A DNA stretch of 64,000 nucleotides. Source: Chiloscyllium plagiosum (Eukaryota). Both the position numbers and the translations under genes were made by a program. The stretch is taken from NCBI RefSeq assembly GCF_004010195.1, contig NC_057718.1:100572411-100636410 (forward strand), given 5' to 3'. Shown here one piece after another: positions 1-14,100 of the stretch; within the stretch, counting starts at the first letter, position 1; the number at the start of each line of letters is the position of its first letter. A model generated the notes under the pieces. It was not told the origin of the DNA. It was given only the letters and a program-made list of their open reading frames with translations, and did no database searches.

Positions 1-840
1 TAGCTTAAATCCTCCCAAGCAGTTCTAGCAAATTTCCCTGCCAGTATATTAGTCCCTTCCAATTTAGGTGCAATCCGTCCTTCTTGTACAGGTCACTTCT
101 ACCCCAAAAGAGATTCCAATGATCCAAAAATGTGAATCCTTCTCCCATACACCAGCTCCTCAGCCATGCATTCATCTGCTCTATCCTCCTATTCCTGCCC
201 TCACTAGCTCGTAGCACTGAGAGTAATCCAGATATTACTACCCTTGAGGACCTCCTTTTTAAATTCCTGCCTAGCTCTCTGTAATCTCCCTTCAGAATCT
301 CAACCTTTTCCTTCCTAGATCATTGGTTCCAATGTGGACAATGACCTCTTGCTGGCCCCTCTCCCCCGTGAGAACATTCTGCACCCTCTGAGACATCCTT
401 GATCCTGGCACCAGGGAAACAACACACCATTCTGCTTTTTCTCTGCTGGCCACAGAAAAATCTGTCTGTACCTCTGACTACAGAATCCCCTAACACAATT
501 GATCTCTTGGAAGCTGACGTACCCCTCGTTGCATTAGAGCCAGTATCAATACCAGAAACTTGGCGGTCGTGCTACCTTCCCCTGAGAATCCATCGCCCCC
601 TACATTTTCCAAAACAGCATACCTGTTTAAAATGGGTATATCCACAAAAGACTCCTGCCCTCGCTGCCGACCTCTCTCACCCTTCCTGGAGTTAACCCAT
701 CTATGTGACTGTATCTGAGACTTTCCCCCTCATTGCTTCTATCTGTCTCTCCAACCGATCCACTCGATCTGATAAGATTTGCATCCAACAACTTTTATGG
801 CAGATATAATCCACAGTAACCCTTAAACTCTCTTTAAACT
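1..840 (-). mobile_element. CR1-type LINE ORF1 remnant (SGNH esterase-like domain)
   Basis: Translation NRRIEQMNAWLRSWC...FTFLDHW...DLYKKDGLHLNWKG; reverse-complement similar to 25400-26320. Confidence 0.85.
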
Positions 841-3754
841 TGTGGATGAACAGTGTAGTTATCCCAGAAGGAATAAACCAAAGCTACTCTCTGGGGGCAT
901 GCAAAATGAGATGGCTAGAACCCTTTATGGTCTCTAATATTTGGCAATTAAATCCTTACCTGCTCCTGACTGACTCAGCATTAAGATGGAAACTTTATAG
1001 TTATATGGGTGATATTGATAGGATCCTATACTTCCAGGAATCCAACTGTTCAGACAAAGTTAATACCATATTTGCAGTAATTCATAATAAACTGAAGGAA
1101 ACTAAAGAATGTCTGAATACAATAAACTGCTGACTGATTTAACTAACATCACCTGGAAGCATCCATACGCATTAAAATTAAGGAAAGTTGCCAACTCCAC
1201 AACCAAAGTGGAGGAGACTATACATTAAGCTCAACAGTTTGCAAACTTGACAAATGACATACAATGACAAGCAGCAAAGCAACCTTGTTATAAAACTGCG
1301 GCTGAAAAGGAAAGAAGTTGCTTGCTCATCTTTACTGATGGCTTAGCATACCTTCTCAATTCTCAGAAAATTTGCCTTTTAAGCTCATTGTTCAAGATTG
1401 TCCCAAACACAGACACAACAAAGTATACAACATTTGTAGAAATGGACATAGAAGAGTAAAGCTTGAAAAGGTGGACCAATGGGATCGAGGAGCTGCTGAC
1501 AAGGGACAAACGTTAGTTCCATGTTGGATGTGTATTTTTGTCAAAGCCAGTGTAAGAGGGAAGAGTGGTGGATACATGTTTGGTTAACCTCTCAAGGACT
1601 CACCATATTTCTTCTGCCATCTATTAGGGGAAGAGATTTTATCCTGCAGAAATAAGTTTTGCTCCAGTCACAACACTAGTCGTCATCCCTTAATTCGTTC
1701 AAGCTTGATGAAGTATGAAAATGACCACCAATCTTTTCTTGATACTAGGCTTAATTTAAATTTGTTCATTTCCAACCTACCTCAGGGTATCTCAGCAGTC
1801 TCTATTTATATTATCTTAATGAAGCCAATTAAACCAACTTAAACTAAACAAACAGGAGCCAGCCCTCTAAAAGGGACACTACAGTAAAATAATTTTTAAA
1901 AAACAAAAATGATACTCAAACTAAATTTGTCTTGGTCTTGGGGAGTGATTATGTATCTAGCCCATAGTGCTCAATAGTCATAGAAGGCTAAAGTATACCT
2001 ATGGACAGTGTGTGTTCCATGGAGACCTGGGTACAAGGCAATGGCTGACACAAGACTGATATCAGTCTCCAAATGCTCTAGGTACTGAATTAAACAACAG
2101 CCTTCATTTGTGCATCTTGTGATAGAGTAAACCGAGCATCTATACCTACAATATGATCAATCTTTGGACTCCGCTGCTTTTAATCACTGAAAACCATGCA
2201 ATACAACAGTTTTCTCAATGTACTTGGAATAATTTCAACAAAATCTATTCTTTCCCTCCTCATGAGCACCACTTTCCCTTCAAGTGTTCATAATGTCCTT
2301 AATTTTGGTTCAAGATCCCAAGCTGCCTAAACACGAGTCTGATTTTACATAGCACTGATAACTAGCCCCAAGCAAATTCACAATGGCATTCATCCATCTT
2401 AGTTGTGAAACACAGCTGCCCACAGTCAAATGCACAAACTAAGCAGAATAACATAGCAGACACAAATCTGTGATTAATTTTTGATCATTCCAGACCACCA
2501 GTAAAAACAAAACTGATCTCTAAAAATGTGCATTATAGAAGTCAGCTTTCACATTTGTTTCAAACTTGTCTTCTTTGACTTTGATCTTGCAATGGTCTTA
2601 AATTCAATACAAGATAAATGGTATATGCTGCAAGAAATTCTTAGGTTTGGGATGGTAATTGCTGGCCATTTGGAAGACAAGAGATGAAGAAAAGGAAAGG
2701 TAAAAGAGATGCCTAAGGTAGAAAGGTTAAAGGCAAGTTTAAGAATTCACCTGAGGAAAATTGCCCTTAAATAATAAACAATCAATTATCTATTTTAGTT
2801 ACCTTTATTCTAAATACATTCATGATCAAATTATTTAATGTTTCAAAAAAAGCATACAATTCTCTTGAGCATCATGCTTACGCAATAAAAGCCTTTTGGG
2901 TGCCTCTACAGCAGCAGTTTACTTTTAGGAGGCCCACATCATATTTAATGAGGTAAATTTAGGAAATATTTAAAGAAAACTGCTTTGAAAACAAAACTCA
3001 CATAATGAAGTACGCAATGAAACAGGATTTGGAAAGTATGTTTTGTTTTATGCTCAATTTCCAAAATATTTTCCCCAACAACTAAAGCTTAAATTTAATG
3101 AACAAAGATATTTACTCCCCACACTCTCCCTCACCCAAATTTAGTAATCGCGCTATTGCATTCTGCTTTTAAGTTACACAAGTGATAAACATCTGCCATC
3201 AGTTTGTCTGTCACCTGCTGCTTAAAGAGCTCAGAATGTCTATGCCAGGCATTCCCAATTTGGCCAGAGGCCCACAGCTCCCGCAAGGATTCAGATCTAA
3301 ATTGTAAACAGGATGCTGGCTGCCGATGGCAAGAACTACAATCAGTTGCTCGCAGGGCAAATGCAACTAAGCTGCTTTCTCGCCTGCTGGCTACATCCAT
3401 TGTCTTGCCAAGCTATTCTTTCAGGTCTGCTAACAGCCTGTTCATTCACTGATGGCATCCCTTTGTTATAAGACAGTTAAAAAAAGCGACTGCAGATTGT
3501 GCAGCTTTGATCTCTACAGCACTTAAGAGGAACAACTAAAAATGCATCTGCATTTTATGAAATATTTTGCTGGCATGTAAGCTTTCAAATCTTGACCATG
3601 AAACAAAGCCTGTGCACAGAAAGGCAGTGATAAAATGGAGGACATTTGAACTATTTCTGAGAGGTATAATTTTATTAGGTTTGGTTTTTCAGAATATGCA
3701 GCTGCAATAAATATTGATTCTTTGCCATTACACCAAATGGACTGTGGTTATCTA

Positions 3755-3965
3755 AGTCGAATGGGGGGTGCTGGAAAAGCACAGCAGGTCAGGCAGCATC
3801 TGAGGAGCAGGAGAATCGATGTTTCAGGCAAGGGCCATTCCTGATGAAGGGTTTATGACCGAAACGTCGATTGCCCTGCTCCTCGGATGCTGCCTGACCT
3901 GCTGTGCTTTCCCAGCAACACACTCTCGACTCTGATCTCCAGCATCTGCAGTCCTCACTTTCTCC
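3755..3965 (+). mobile_element. Hairpin mini-element, PLE-derived family A
   Basis: Imperfect inverted arms from ~3755 to ~3931 plus unpaired tail 3932-3965; same sequence family as 19656, 27300 and 38744. Confidence 0.8.
3837..3872 (+). ncRNA. Minimal type I hammerhead ribozyme motif (family A)
   Basis: ATTC-CTGATGA-A-GGGT-TTAT-GACC-GAAA-CGTC-GATT; core intact, stems imperfect. Confidence 0.6.
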
Positions 3966-4106
3966 ACCCTGCTATCCATATAACTATAGTTCCGGAGATG
4001 TGTCAGTTAGTCCAGCTGTCTCTTCAGCTCTGCAAACTGGAGCTCAAATTTCTTGGCAGTTTTGTATTTTAACTCGAGGTAATGTGGAAATTTAGTACCA
4101 GATCAG

Positions 4107-4454
4107 GATTAGATTTAGATTAGATTAGATTAGATTACAGTGTGGAAACAGGCCCTTTGGCCCAACAAGTCCACACCGACCCGCCGAAGCGAAACCCACC
4201 CATACCCCTACATTTACCCCTTACCTAACACTATGGGCAATTCAGTATGGCCAATTCACCTGACCCTGCACATCTTTTGGACTGTGGGAGGAAACCGGAG
4301 CACCCGGAGGAAACCCACGCAGACACGGGGAGAACGTGCAAACTCCACACAGTCAGTCGCCTGAGGCGGGAATTGAACCCGGGTCTCTGGCGCTGTGAGG
4401 CAGCAGTGCTAACCACTGTGCCACCGTGCCGCCCACTGTGCCACCGTGCCGCCC
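4107..4454 (-). mobile_element. HE1-like tRNA-derived SINE (V-SINE type)
   Basis: tRNA-like head with A/B boxes (GGCACAGTGG...GGTTCAATTCC), central TGTGTGGAGTTTGCACGTTCTCCCCGTG domain, (AATCT)n tail. Confidence 0.88.
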
Positions 4455-4509
4455 ATATTTTTAACCTTCATTTTCACAGGAACATGCTGGCCCTGACCTC
4501 TAATCAACT

Positions 4510-5030
4510 GGCCTTTAAAAGAGGCAATCGTACTAGCCTCCACCACTTCCTCTGGCAGCTCATACCATACACGTACCACCCGCTGAGTGAAAAAGCTGCC
4601 CCTTTGGTTTCTTTTATACCTTGCCCCTCTCACTCTAAACCTATGCCCTCTAGTTCTGGACTCTCTCACCCTACCTTGCGTATTTATCCTATCCATGCCC
4701 CTCATGATTTTATAGACCTCTGTAAGGTCACCACTCAGCCTCCGACGCTCCAGGGAAAACAGCCCTAGCTTGTTCAGCCTCTCCCTGTAGCTCAAATCCT
4801 CCAACCCTGGCAACATCCTTGTAAATTTGTCCTGAACCCTTTCAAGTTTCACAACATCTTTCTGATAGGAAGGAGACCAGAATTGCACGCAATATTCCAG
4901 CAGTAGCCTAACCAATGTCCTGTACAGCTGCAACATGACCTCTCAACTCCTGTACTCAATACTCTGATCAATAAGGGAAAACATTCCAAATGCCTTCTTG
5001 ACTATCCTATCTACCTGCAACTCCACTTTC
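4510..5030 (-). mobile_element. CR1-type LINE ORF2 3' fragment
   Basis: LYRTLVRLLLEYCVQFWSP...LERVQ...LFSLERRRL. Confidence 0.88.
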
Positions 5031-5129
5031 AATATAGGGGAAGTTAAAAGCATCCACTACACCAATCCTGTTGTTTTCACTTTTTTTTTTCACAATCCTG
5101 GCAAGGATTACATGTTAATTGCCAGACAG

Positions 5130-6070
5130 AAAACAGGAGGAATAAATAAGCAATTCCTGGTGTGATGCCACAAGGGCCAGTACCTGAGCCACAGCTGCGA
5201 TTTGGACGTGGGGAAAAATTAAGACTTCCAAATTATATGATGGGAATGCTTGGAGATTGCAAAAAAGTTTCAAGGAGACTTGAACAAGCTACACAAGTGG
5301 ACAGGAACATAGCCAACAGAATATAATGCAAATGAAGTGTGAAGTTGTCTTTTTATTTCCGAAAAGAAAATTGAGAGAATATCTCTTAAATGTAGAGAGA
5401 TGGGGAAGTGACGATGTCCAAATGAACATTGGTATCTTCGTTCATGGCACATTAGCATGCAGGTACAGCAAACAATTAGGAAGGTGAATGGCACAATGGC
5501 CTTCAGTGCAAAGGGATTTAAGTACAGGATTAAAAATGTCTTGCTGCAATTGTATACATCCTTTGTGAGAATGTACCTAGAGTACAGTGTATAGTTTTGG
5601 CCTCCCTATCTAAGTAAGAACATATTTGCCTTGAAGGAAGAGCAACAGAGGCTCATTGGACTAATACTTCGCATGGCAGGATTATCTTGAAAAAAATTGA
5701 GGAGACTCGGCCAATAATCTCTGGAGTTTTAGAATGAGAGGTGATCTCATTGGAACCTCTTAAAGGGCATAACAGGACATATGCAGATAGGATGTTTCAG
5801 TGGTGAACCTAAAACCAGTGGATTTTGTGTCATAATAAGGGGTAGCCCACTTAAAACTGAGATGAAGAGGAATTTCATTATTCAAAGGATGATGAATCTT
5901 TGGAATTCTTTACCCAAAGGGTTACGGAAACTAAGTAATGAAGCATGTTCGAGACATGGATATAGGGATAGGGATAGTGCAAGAAATGTGGTGAGGTAGA
6001 CAATCAGCCATGATCTAACTGACTAGCTTGAAAGTTGAATGACCGACTTCCCGCCATGTTCCTATGTATG
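5130..6070 (+). mobile_element. Old CR1-type LINE 3' fragment
   Basis: Degenerate RT C-terminal coding sequence (e.g. RNF..QR.MNLWNSLP) and 3' UTR. Confidence 0.7.
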
Positions 6071-7920
6071 ATTTTCCCTGTAGAATTTATGTAGTTATAC
6101 ATTACCAGGAGTTTACTAGTAAATCCCTCAAAATAATTTCAAATATTTTCTTTGCAATCATAGTTAAATTTAATTGGTCTATGACTTTTAAGTTTCAACT
6201 ACACCTTCAAGGGCAATTAGTGACGGACAATAAATTCAGCCAGCAATGCTCACATCCCACGAGCGATTAATAAAACCTTTACTAAAGTCAGAGATATTTA
6301 GCTCTTTCCTGATCTATAGAAATTTCTGCCAAATTTAAAATTAAAATATCTTCACTTATGCTCAGTTTAAAAGCAACAAATCTTTGTCATCAGTATATTA
6401 TTTGTGTGCCATCCAACCTTTTTGCCATTCCTGATAACAGATCTATCTTAACTGGGAAATAATTACTGTGAAAGATTCTGTTACTACTTTGTTCTCAATT
6501 TTCAACTTACTATTATATTTATTAAATGGGCCAAGAGCTTCATAGTTTGCCAATTACTCTTCCAAAGGATTAATTTCTCATCCCTTTGAAGTTACTCTTA
6601 TGAAGTATTTCTGTTCCAGGTGGTTGTCCCTTACTCTGCTGAATATATCCTCAAACTAATTTCTTGGCTTGGAGATGTGAATAGGCAAATCCAAATAACC
6701 ACAAGACAACTGAAATATGAATAACAGTAGCTATGAACCATGCCAGGTCAGAAATGAGAAGGAACTCTAGGAGGGAACTTGTAAACAAAACAACATTTTT
6801 TATTGCAATAAGTAGCAAAACATTATCTCTAAGTACATAATCTCAAGTTCTCCATTGTGTCATCCAGTGTGTACCAACACATTTGTGCAACACGATTTAA
6901 AAGGGCAGCATAAACCTTAAGGTCAACATGGGCAGAAATAGCACTAAAATGTCCATCATCCAGAGTGCCTCAAACCATGACAGAAATATTTAACAAAAGC
7001 ATGCATAATGCTTTAAATCAATAGCTTACAGAAATTGTTGCACATTTTCCCTAGAATAGAGTTAGCTCCAACTTTCCAGGTAGGTTCTACTGTGAAATAC
7101 AAGGCCAATTTGCCCTTTGTTATGCTTTTCCATCGGTCGTTTATTCAGGCAATTCAAACTACTAACCTCAATAAATCAACTGGTTTGTTTAGTTTTGCTC
7201 CCAAAATAGAATTGATAATAGGTTTTGGTCCATTCCACAAAAGAGGAAAACATAATTTTGCAGATCAGCTAAGCGATACTTCTTTCAAAGACTTAGAGAA
7301 AAGCATTGTCAAAATTTTCCTGAACGATGATCAATTACATGTAAACCACAAGGCTGTTGAAGATCCAGTGACCTGAACCATTAATAGTTTCTCTCCACAG
7401 GTGCTGTCTAACACGCTGAGCATTTCCAGCACTTTCTGTTTTTATTTCAAAGGACCTAAAGCTTCTGTTTGTGGTGTAAATCAATCCCTTAACTCTGAAA
7501 TATAGATCATTGGTGTTCAAAATTTAAAGTAAAGAGCATATAAAAGTGCATTCTAAGGCAATGTTGGTCGGACACTGAATCAGGTAAAAACATGGCAGAT
7601 AGAACTCCAGGTCAGCAAACATGACATACGATGTTTCATATTATAGTTCAAATAATGGAAGGCTGGGAGATGCAAATCAGAAAGTTTTGGAGATTCAGGT
7701 TCCCAATTCTTTAAAAGAACCTCCTTAAGATCACAAAAATAAAAGTTAACAGAAAGTTGTGCTTTACAGCAAGGTCTATAGCATATACAAGTCAAACTTT
7801 AAGGTGGAATCTACATAAAAACATGAGTAAGATTACAATTACACTTTGCAATGGTGGGTGGTTGGTTTGGAGAGGTGGTTAGAAGACAGTGATGGAGCAC
7901 AACTGGAAAATGGAAGAGGA

Positions 7921-7924
<4 letters not shown>

Positions 7925-7977
<53 letters not shown>
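7925..7977. repeat. (AG)n microsatellite
   Basis: About 26 uninterrupted AG units, ~45 bp into the intron after exon 10. Confidence 0.97.
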
Positions 7978-7979
<2 letters not shown>

Positions 7980-8019
7980 TCTCTGCTGAGTTGGAAAGAA
8001 AAAAAAAATAGAAACTTAC

Positions 8020-8130
8020 GAATAAACTTCTTTTGCATAGTTTCTAGCAATGCCTGGTGGGCATCTTCTGCTTGTAGGGCCACCGAACATTCCCTAGCCA
8101 ACACAGTCCGCACAAGGTGCTCTCCGCAAC
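8020..8130 (-). CDS. TASP1: TASP1 coding exon 10 (CGEHLVRTVLARECSVALQAEDAHQALLETMQKKFI)
   Basis: ctcttag|GT...C|gtaagt; 111 nt. Confidence 0.96.
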
Positions 8131-11100
8131 CTAAGAGATGGAAATGTTTAAAATTGCAAATCTGAGAAGGTCAAAAGTGGAGGAGAAACAGATAAGCAAT
8201 GACATTACCTCTTCAATAGTATCTAATATCAACCAATGAGATGCTAAGCAAACAGTTCTTGTGCGGAAAAGAAGTTTATTTGAACCAAAAGATTTTTTTG
8301 AAAGAATGCCACTCCAGTGTTTACTGTTTTAGTTTTCTGTCAGAACTCAATTCAGACCACAACAGAATTAGTCTTCAAAATCTAAAATCAATCTGAGTAA
8401 TGGTTCTTGTACCAGAACCACAACAGAAAATAAATATACCGCTTAAGCGTGACACCACATATTCATTGGTCTTAAAACAATGAGAAAATTTTGGGGTGAA
8501 AAACTTGAAGTAAAACCACTGAACGCAAGCTTAAACATTCATTGTGTGTCACAGGAAAAAAAATTTCTCTTATATAGAGCTTTCGATGGGCACGTCTTTC
8601 ATGTTAGTAAATTGGAAACAGGTGCATGTAAAAGAGCACATACATTTGTTGCATTAAGATACACACGTTTTCAATTTTGAAACATGAAAGAACCTCCTGT
8701 TATAGAGCAAAAAATAAAACTCATTTCTGTTCTGTCTGCCATATGATGAAGACTTTAAAGTTATGACATTCGTATTTTCTTTTACACAAAAGCAAGCAGC
8801 TTTGGTTATCTTTTAGAGCAATTTGACACAAGATATTTTTAAATGGAAACCACTCTGTTCAACATATAATAGAGCCAAGAAAAAACCTTTTTTGTGCACT
8901 AAGTATCATCTTAGCAATAAAAAGAAGTTAAACAGCACATGCTAGATTTCTAAAGTCATTGGAATGCTGAAATATGCATATGGCAGTATGTTGGAACACC
9001 ATATGATCTAACCATGTGCTCTTATATTTAGCAGCGTAGTAATTGGCAAACGAACCAAAGGCGAGATGATTTTTTTTAATTTATAAAAGTAGCAAGTTCT
9101 AAACTAGGAACTCATTCCCTGAAAGGGTGGTAGAAGCTTATTCAGCATCAAAAGGAATATGTAAAACAGGTTTTCCCGACATGCTGTAGATTTTTAGTTT
9201 AAATGTCTATTGGCACTGGAGCTTGAGAGGCTGGAGGAAATTCTTCTGTTGCACCAGGCTCACAGACGCTGTGACTACACTTGCCTATTCCCCAAGGCTT
9301 CTACATTTTCCCAAAGGTCTAAGAAAACTGGCCAGTCAGTTAAATCAAAAAAGCAAATTAAATCAAAAGCATTCAGCCTCCTCATCAGATTTAAAATGCC
9401 AATTTGCATCTGTGACCAGATTAGCTGTCTACTCATCTCCTCACTTCAGTAAAACCCAGAAACTGGTAGTTTGGACCTAGACTCTCAATCAGCTTTGAAC
9501 TTTTATTGATCATTGAACCCTTTAACTGTAACCAATTCAACTGCTCACCCATGCTAAAATTCTTCTTCCCATGTCTTTCAACAATTCAAATGTTTAAGTA
9601 GCATTTTGACCTCAAGGTGAGCTTCAGATTGGTGACCCAATGCAATTACGCAAATCACTTGTTTCCACCTCCACAACATCATCCATTTTTGCCTCCGTTT
9701 AAGGTTATCTGCTGCTGATTCCCTGAACTATACCAAGTCCAATGCAATTATCACTCTTAATAGTGTCAATCTCTTAATGATGATTTTCAAAGGTTTTGCT
9801 CTCATTTCAAAATACATGTGTAACTTCTTTTGTGCTAATCCTCGAAGTGACAGTTTGATTTTCAAATTTATAAAGTATGCTGTTTCCTACTTGTTCCATT
9901 ATTTGTAAAGCTTTTGGTGAACTCACTTACACAATAACATGCTCCTAAACACATTCACTGACTCCTACTTTCTCTACTTTGGAAATTCTGTTTAAAATCT
10001 AGCTTGCACCTCTTCTTTAGTTACCTTTTACAACAACTCCTGCGCAAGTCTAATTCCCAACTTTGGGAGTATTTTCACGACAAAGGCATGAATGAATGAC
10101 AAACATCGATGCAAATAATGGGTAGAAACAGTTTGAAAAAAAAGACACTGGCATTCTATCACTTCTTTAACTTTCTTTGGAGGTCCATATGTTAGTAAAT
10201 ACAATTAAAGGGAAATGTCTGCCTACGTAGCAAATACCTGATGTACTCACAGCTGTAGAGTATACATTAGGGCCACTTGTATTCTCTGCCCAGCACCCAC
10301 AGCCATACACAGCTGCCTGTAAGCAAATCAGAGAGAGAGAGAGTACGAGTGAGAAAAAAAAAGTGTTGACAACTTTTCATTATATTTCACAGTTTTTCTT
10401 TCTGTTGAAATTCAATCATTTTCTTCTTCATTTTAAACATCGGAGTACTCAAATCTACCTTTTAAATTCTTATTTTCAGAATGTAGACTAAAGCTTTGGA
10501 AATGAGGAACAACTCACACAATGATCTTGTTCTACTGTATTCATACATTTCATTACTTTCACTCTATAGAATATTACCCAAAACCTACAAGCTTCTTATT
10601 CCCTCCAAATGGAGCAGGCTCTTGCAATTCATTTTACACATGCAACACTTATGGTCTGGATTCTTCCCCCATTATAGCAAGAAAACAGTTTCCAAAAGTA
10701 AGGCAAACCTTTCATTAGCCAAACTCTATTTCTTAGCATGATGCTACATTCATGGCATTGCTTTGTGAGCAATAACAAACCCAAAATAACCAAACCGGAG
10801 ATTCTGTGAATACCCACCCTTTGTCCAGTCAACTCCAAAAATCAGCACAACACATTTTTCCATACAGGTTTAAATGGGTATCTTTATTTGCAACATAATA
10901 GATAGTACCTTGTTCTGCTTTACAGCTTTTCAGTATAATTTGACTTGCATAATTACACAAGCAGTTTCATAACATGAAAAGGTTTGGAATTGCAAGAATT
11001 TCCATCAGCACTTACTGAATAAAATCAGTTTTGCATCCGTCATTTTAAAAGATATCCACTTCGTGATCAATAACTAGGCAATGCTGTTGACCATTTTCAA

Positions 11101-14100
11101 TACTTATGTAGCTAAGAGGTGACTTGCAGCCCCAGTCACTACCTGGCAGCATCTAAAATCATGTTGGGCTGCTTGGCATTAGCCCTGGGCATAAAGTTGG
11201 CACACCAGGTGCGTGCTTATGTATTTTCAGAAAAGGTGTTAACTGAAGGTTAGACATACATAACCATTATTGTTTAAAGTGCAATAACTTGACTAGATTG
11301 AAATAAGACGGTCAAGAATGGATTAGAGATAACTTGTCTGCATGTGGGATTCAAACTCATGTCCTCGGAACATTAGCCTGAGGTTCTAGATTTCTAGTAC
11401 AGCAACATTATCAGTCATCACCATGCCAAATCAAAAATATCATACTGAAATCTTATTGTTATATGGTAATATTTTTTCTGCACAAGCTAATTAAATGAAC
11501 ATACATGAGTTAATAAGCACCCAGGTAAGGATTAATATCCTAAAATAACAATTTCAAAACAAAGTTTTTCAACATAAAATATTTCAATTATGATTTATAT
11601 CCATGATGCGCATTTGTTTTGTTACTGAATACCAATAGTGAGAATGCTTTGTTAGGTTTTATTTCCTGACTGAAACCAAGGGAAGTAAACTATTTCGCAC
11701 ATTAACACAAATATCTTACTCAGAAAAACATATTTACTTGGCCAACTCTCCCAGGATGCTTCATTGCCAACCCTCCACTGGAAACGGCAGCAGCAACATT
11801 TCCTTCATGATCCACAACTACTGCCCCAACAGTATCTAATGAAGCTGTGTCATTAGTCTAAAAACAGAAACAAAGACCCGAATAAGTACACATCCAGAAT
11901 CGTGAGAATAACAACATGTAGTAAGTGCCAAAGAAATAAAGAACTTTATACATTTAAGCTTTTCAGAAACATCCTTAAGCACCCTAAGGATTTGCAGGGA
12001 TTGCTTCTGAACTTTGCTAGTGTGGTGCTATAGGCAAGTGCGAAGTCAATTTTATGCTCCTACACACAAGTAGTAAATGTGGTAAATACGCATATAAAAT
12101 TATTTTAGCACTGTTTAAGTGAAGGTCAGATGTCAATAATTCTATTTTGACAAGTACTAAATAATGCATTTTCAATATTCATTCATGGGATTTGGACATC
12201 TCCAATTACCCAATATTGTTCCAAGTCAGAATGGTATGTGACTTAGAAGGGAACTTGCAGGTGGTATGCTCAAATATCTGTTGCCCCTTTCCATCCAGAT
12301 AGCAGAGGGTGCAGTTGAAAGGTTGCTGTCAGAGCAGCTTTGTTGAATTGCAGCAGTGCATCTTGAAGATGGGGCACACTGCTGCCATTGTGCATTGGCA
12401 CTCTGTCCACCAACTAAATGAATTGCTTTGCCTTGGATGTGTCAAGCATCACCCAAATAAGTTGAGAGTATTCCATCACAGTCCTGACTCGACCTCTTGT
12501 TGAAGGTGAACAGGCTTTGGGGAGACAGGAGGCAAGATACTGGGTGCAGGATTGCTAGCCGTTGACCTGCTATTGTAGCCACAACATTGTTCCAGCTGGT
12601 CCAGTTCAGCTTCTGGACAATGGTAACCCCAGTATGTTGATTCAGCAATGGCAATGCCATTGAATTTCAAGGTGAGACAGCAGATTCTCTTGTTGAGAGG
12701 GTTGCTCCCGAGGACTTGTGTGGCACAGATGTTCCTTGCCACTTATTTAAGGTCGGTTGAATGTTGTCTAGTTCTTGTTTCATATGGACAAAGGCTGCTT
12801 CATTACCTGAACTGTTGCCAATGGTTCTGAAAATTGTTGAATCTTCAGCAAATTTCCTCACTTCTGACTTTATAATACATTAAAGACCAGTGATCAAACA
12901 GCTGAAGATGTATGGGCTGAAGATACGATCCTGAGGATCTCCTGCAGAAACATCCTCAAGCTCAGATGATAATCTAACAAATCTAGTTATATTCTTTTCG
13001 GCTAGGTCTACCACTGACCAGTGGAGAGTTCCTCTCCTCCTTCCCGACCATCATCACAACTCTCAGTGACTCAAGTTTTACGAGGGCTTGTCAATGTCAT
13101 ACTCAGCCAAACGACTGATGTCCTCTCAGCTCACCTCTGGCATTCAGCTCTTTTGTCCAGGCTTGGAGCAAGGTTGTAATGAGGTTAAGAACAAGCTCCC
13201 AATGTTTTGCACACAGCAATCAGTGCCAGCACACCGATCGCAGGCCTGACATCAAGTTCCTGAAGTGCTGCCACATACAGGCCTTAGAGGCCCACGTTGC
13301 TGAGAAGAAAATTAGAAGGAATACCGGTCAGGATCCAATTGTTACGATCCCAGCTGATAGTAATAGTGGATAAATCACTTTGGAGAGTGAAATCTGGCTT
13401 GATCGGTCATCAGTTTAATTTTTGCAGTGGTTACCATAATGATTAGTCACTGGATAGCAAATATTTGGTAACAAAAGAGCATCAGTTGATTGCACTTGCA
13501 AAATAAAAAGTAAAAATCTGTAAAATCAGAAAGATCAGATCTTAACATCATCACGAAAATAAAAGTTTCAATCTGTTTTTCTGCACTACTGGTTTATAGA
13601 TACTCAAGCCCTCGAGAGCTATCTCCTACCTTAAACTTGCAATTTCTTACTTAAATTGACTCCATAGACTGCTAAGACAAGTTGATGACTTCTTTGAGAA
13701 TATTGTTAAGAATATTTTTCACTCTAATTCTTGAGGCCTAAAGCCCTTTTCAGTTCTGATGACCTCTGTACACATTCTCACAACTTGGAAGCCTCACAAC
13801 TAAAGCCACTTCTAGCGTCACTGGTTCCCTGATCTCAAAATATATTTCTCTTGCCAGGAGGAAACTATTTTCCTTTCTGACCTGAAGGAGAAATTAAACC
13901 TAGTGGCCTCTGTTTTGTTTTTCCCCTGTCAGTCAAATTCAGTATAAATAGTTCATCCATTAATATCACAGGTGCCCTGATAGGGGAATTGCTTTGCATC
14001 ATGTGCCTTCCTAGAAACGGTCTTCCTCTTTCAACTGTTTCAAATGACCATGTGGCTTATTTACAAAAATGAACTATCATAGAACAAAAACAACATATCT

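Noticed and set aside
4340..4454. tRNA-like sequences with A/B boxes (also ~17000, 51861, 54600)
   Set aside because: They are SINE heads fused to SINE bodies, not tRNA genes
4247..4768. 173-aa ORF, and similar DCGRKPEHPEETHAD ORFs at 51786 and 54517
   Set aside because: Translations of the antisense strand of SINE and LINE repeats, not genes
1..8019. Remaining TASP1 C-terminal exons (SPFL...GGVIV, EFLWSHTT, HISRLP)
   Set aside because: Not found by eye in this interval; presumed to lie outside the window rather than lost
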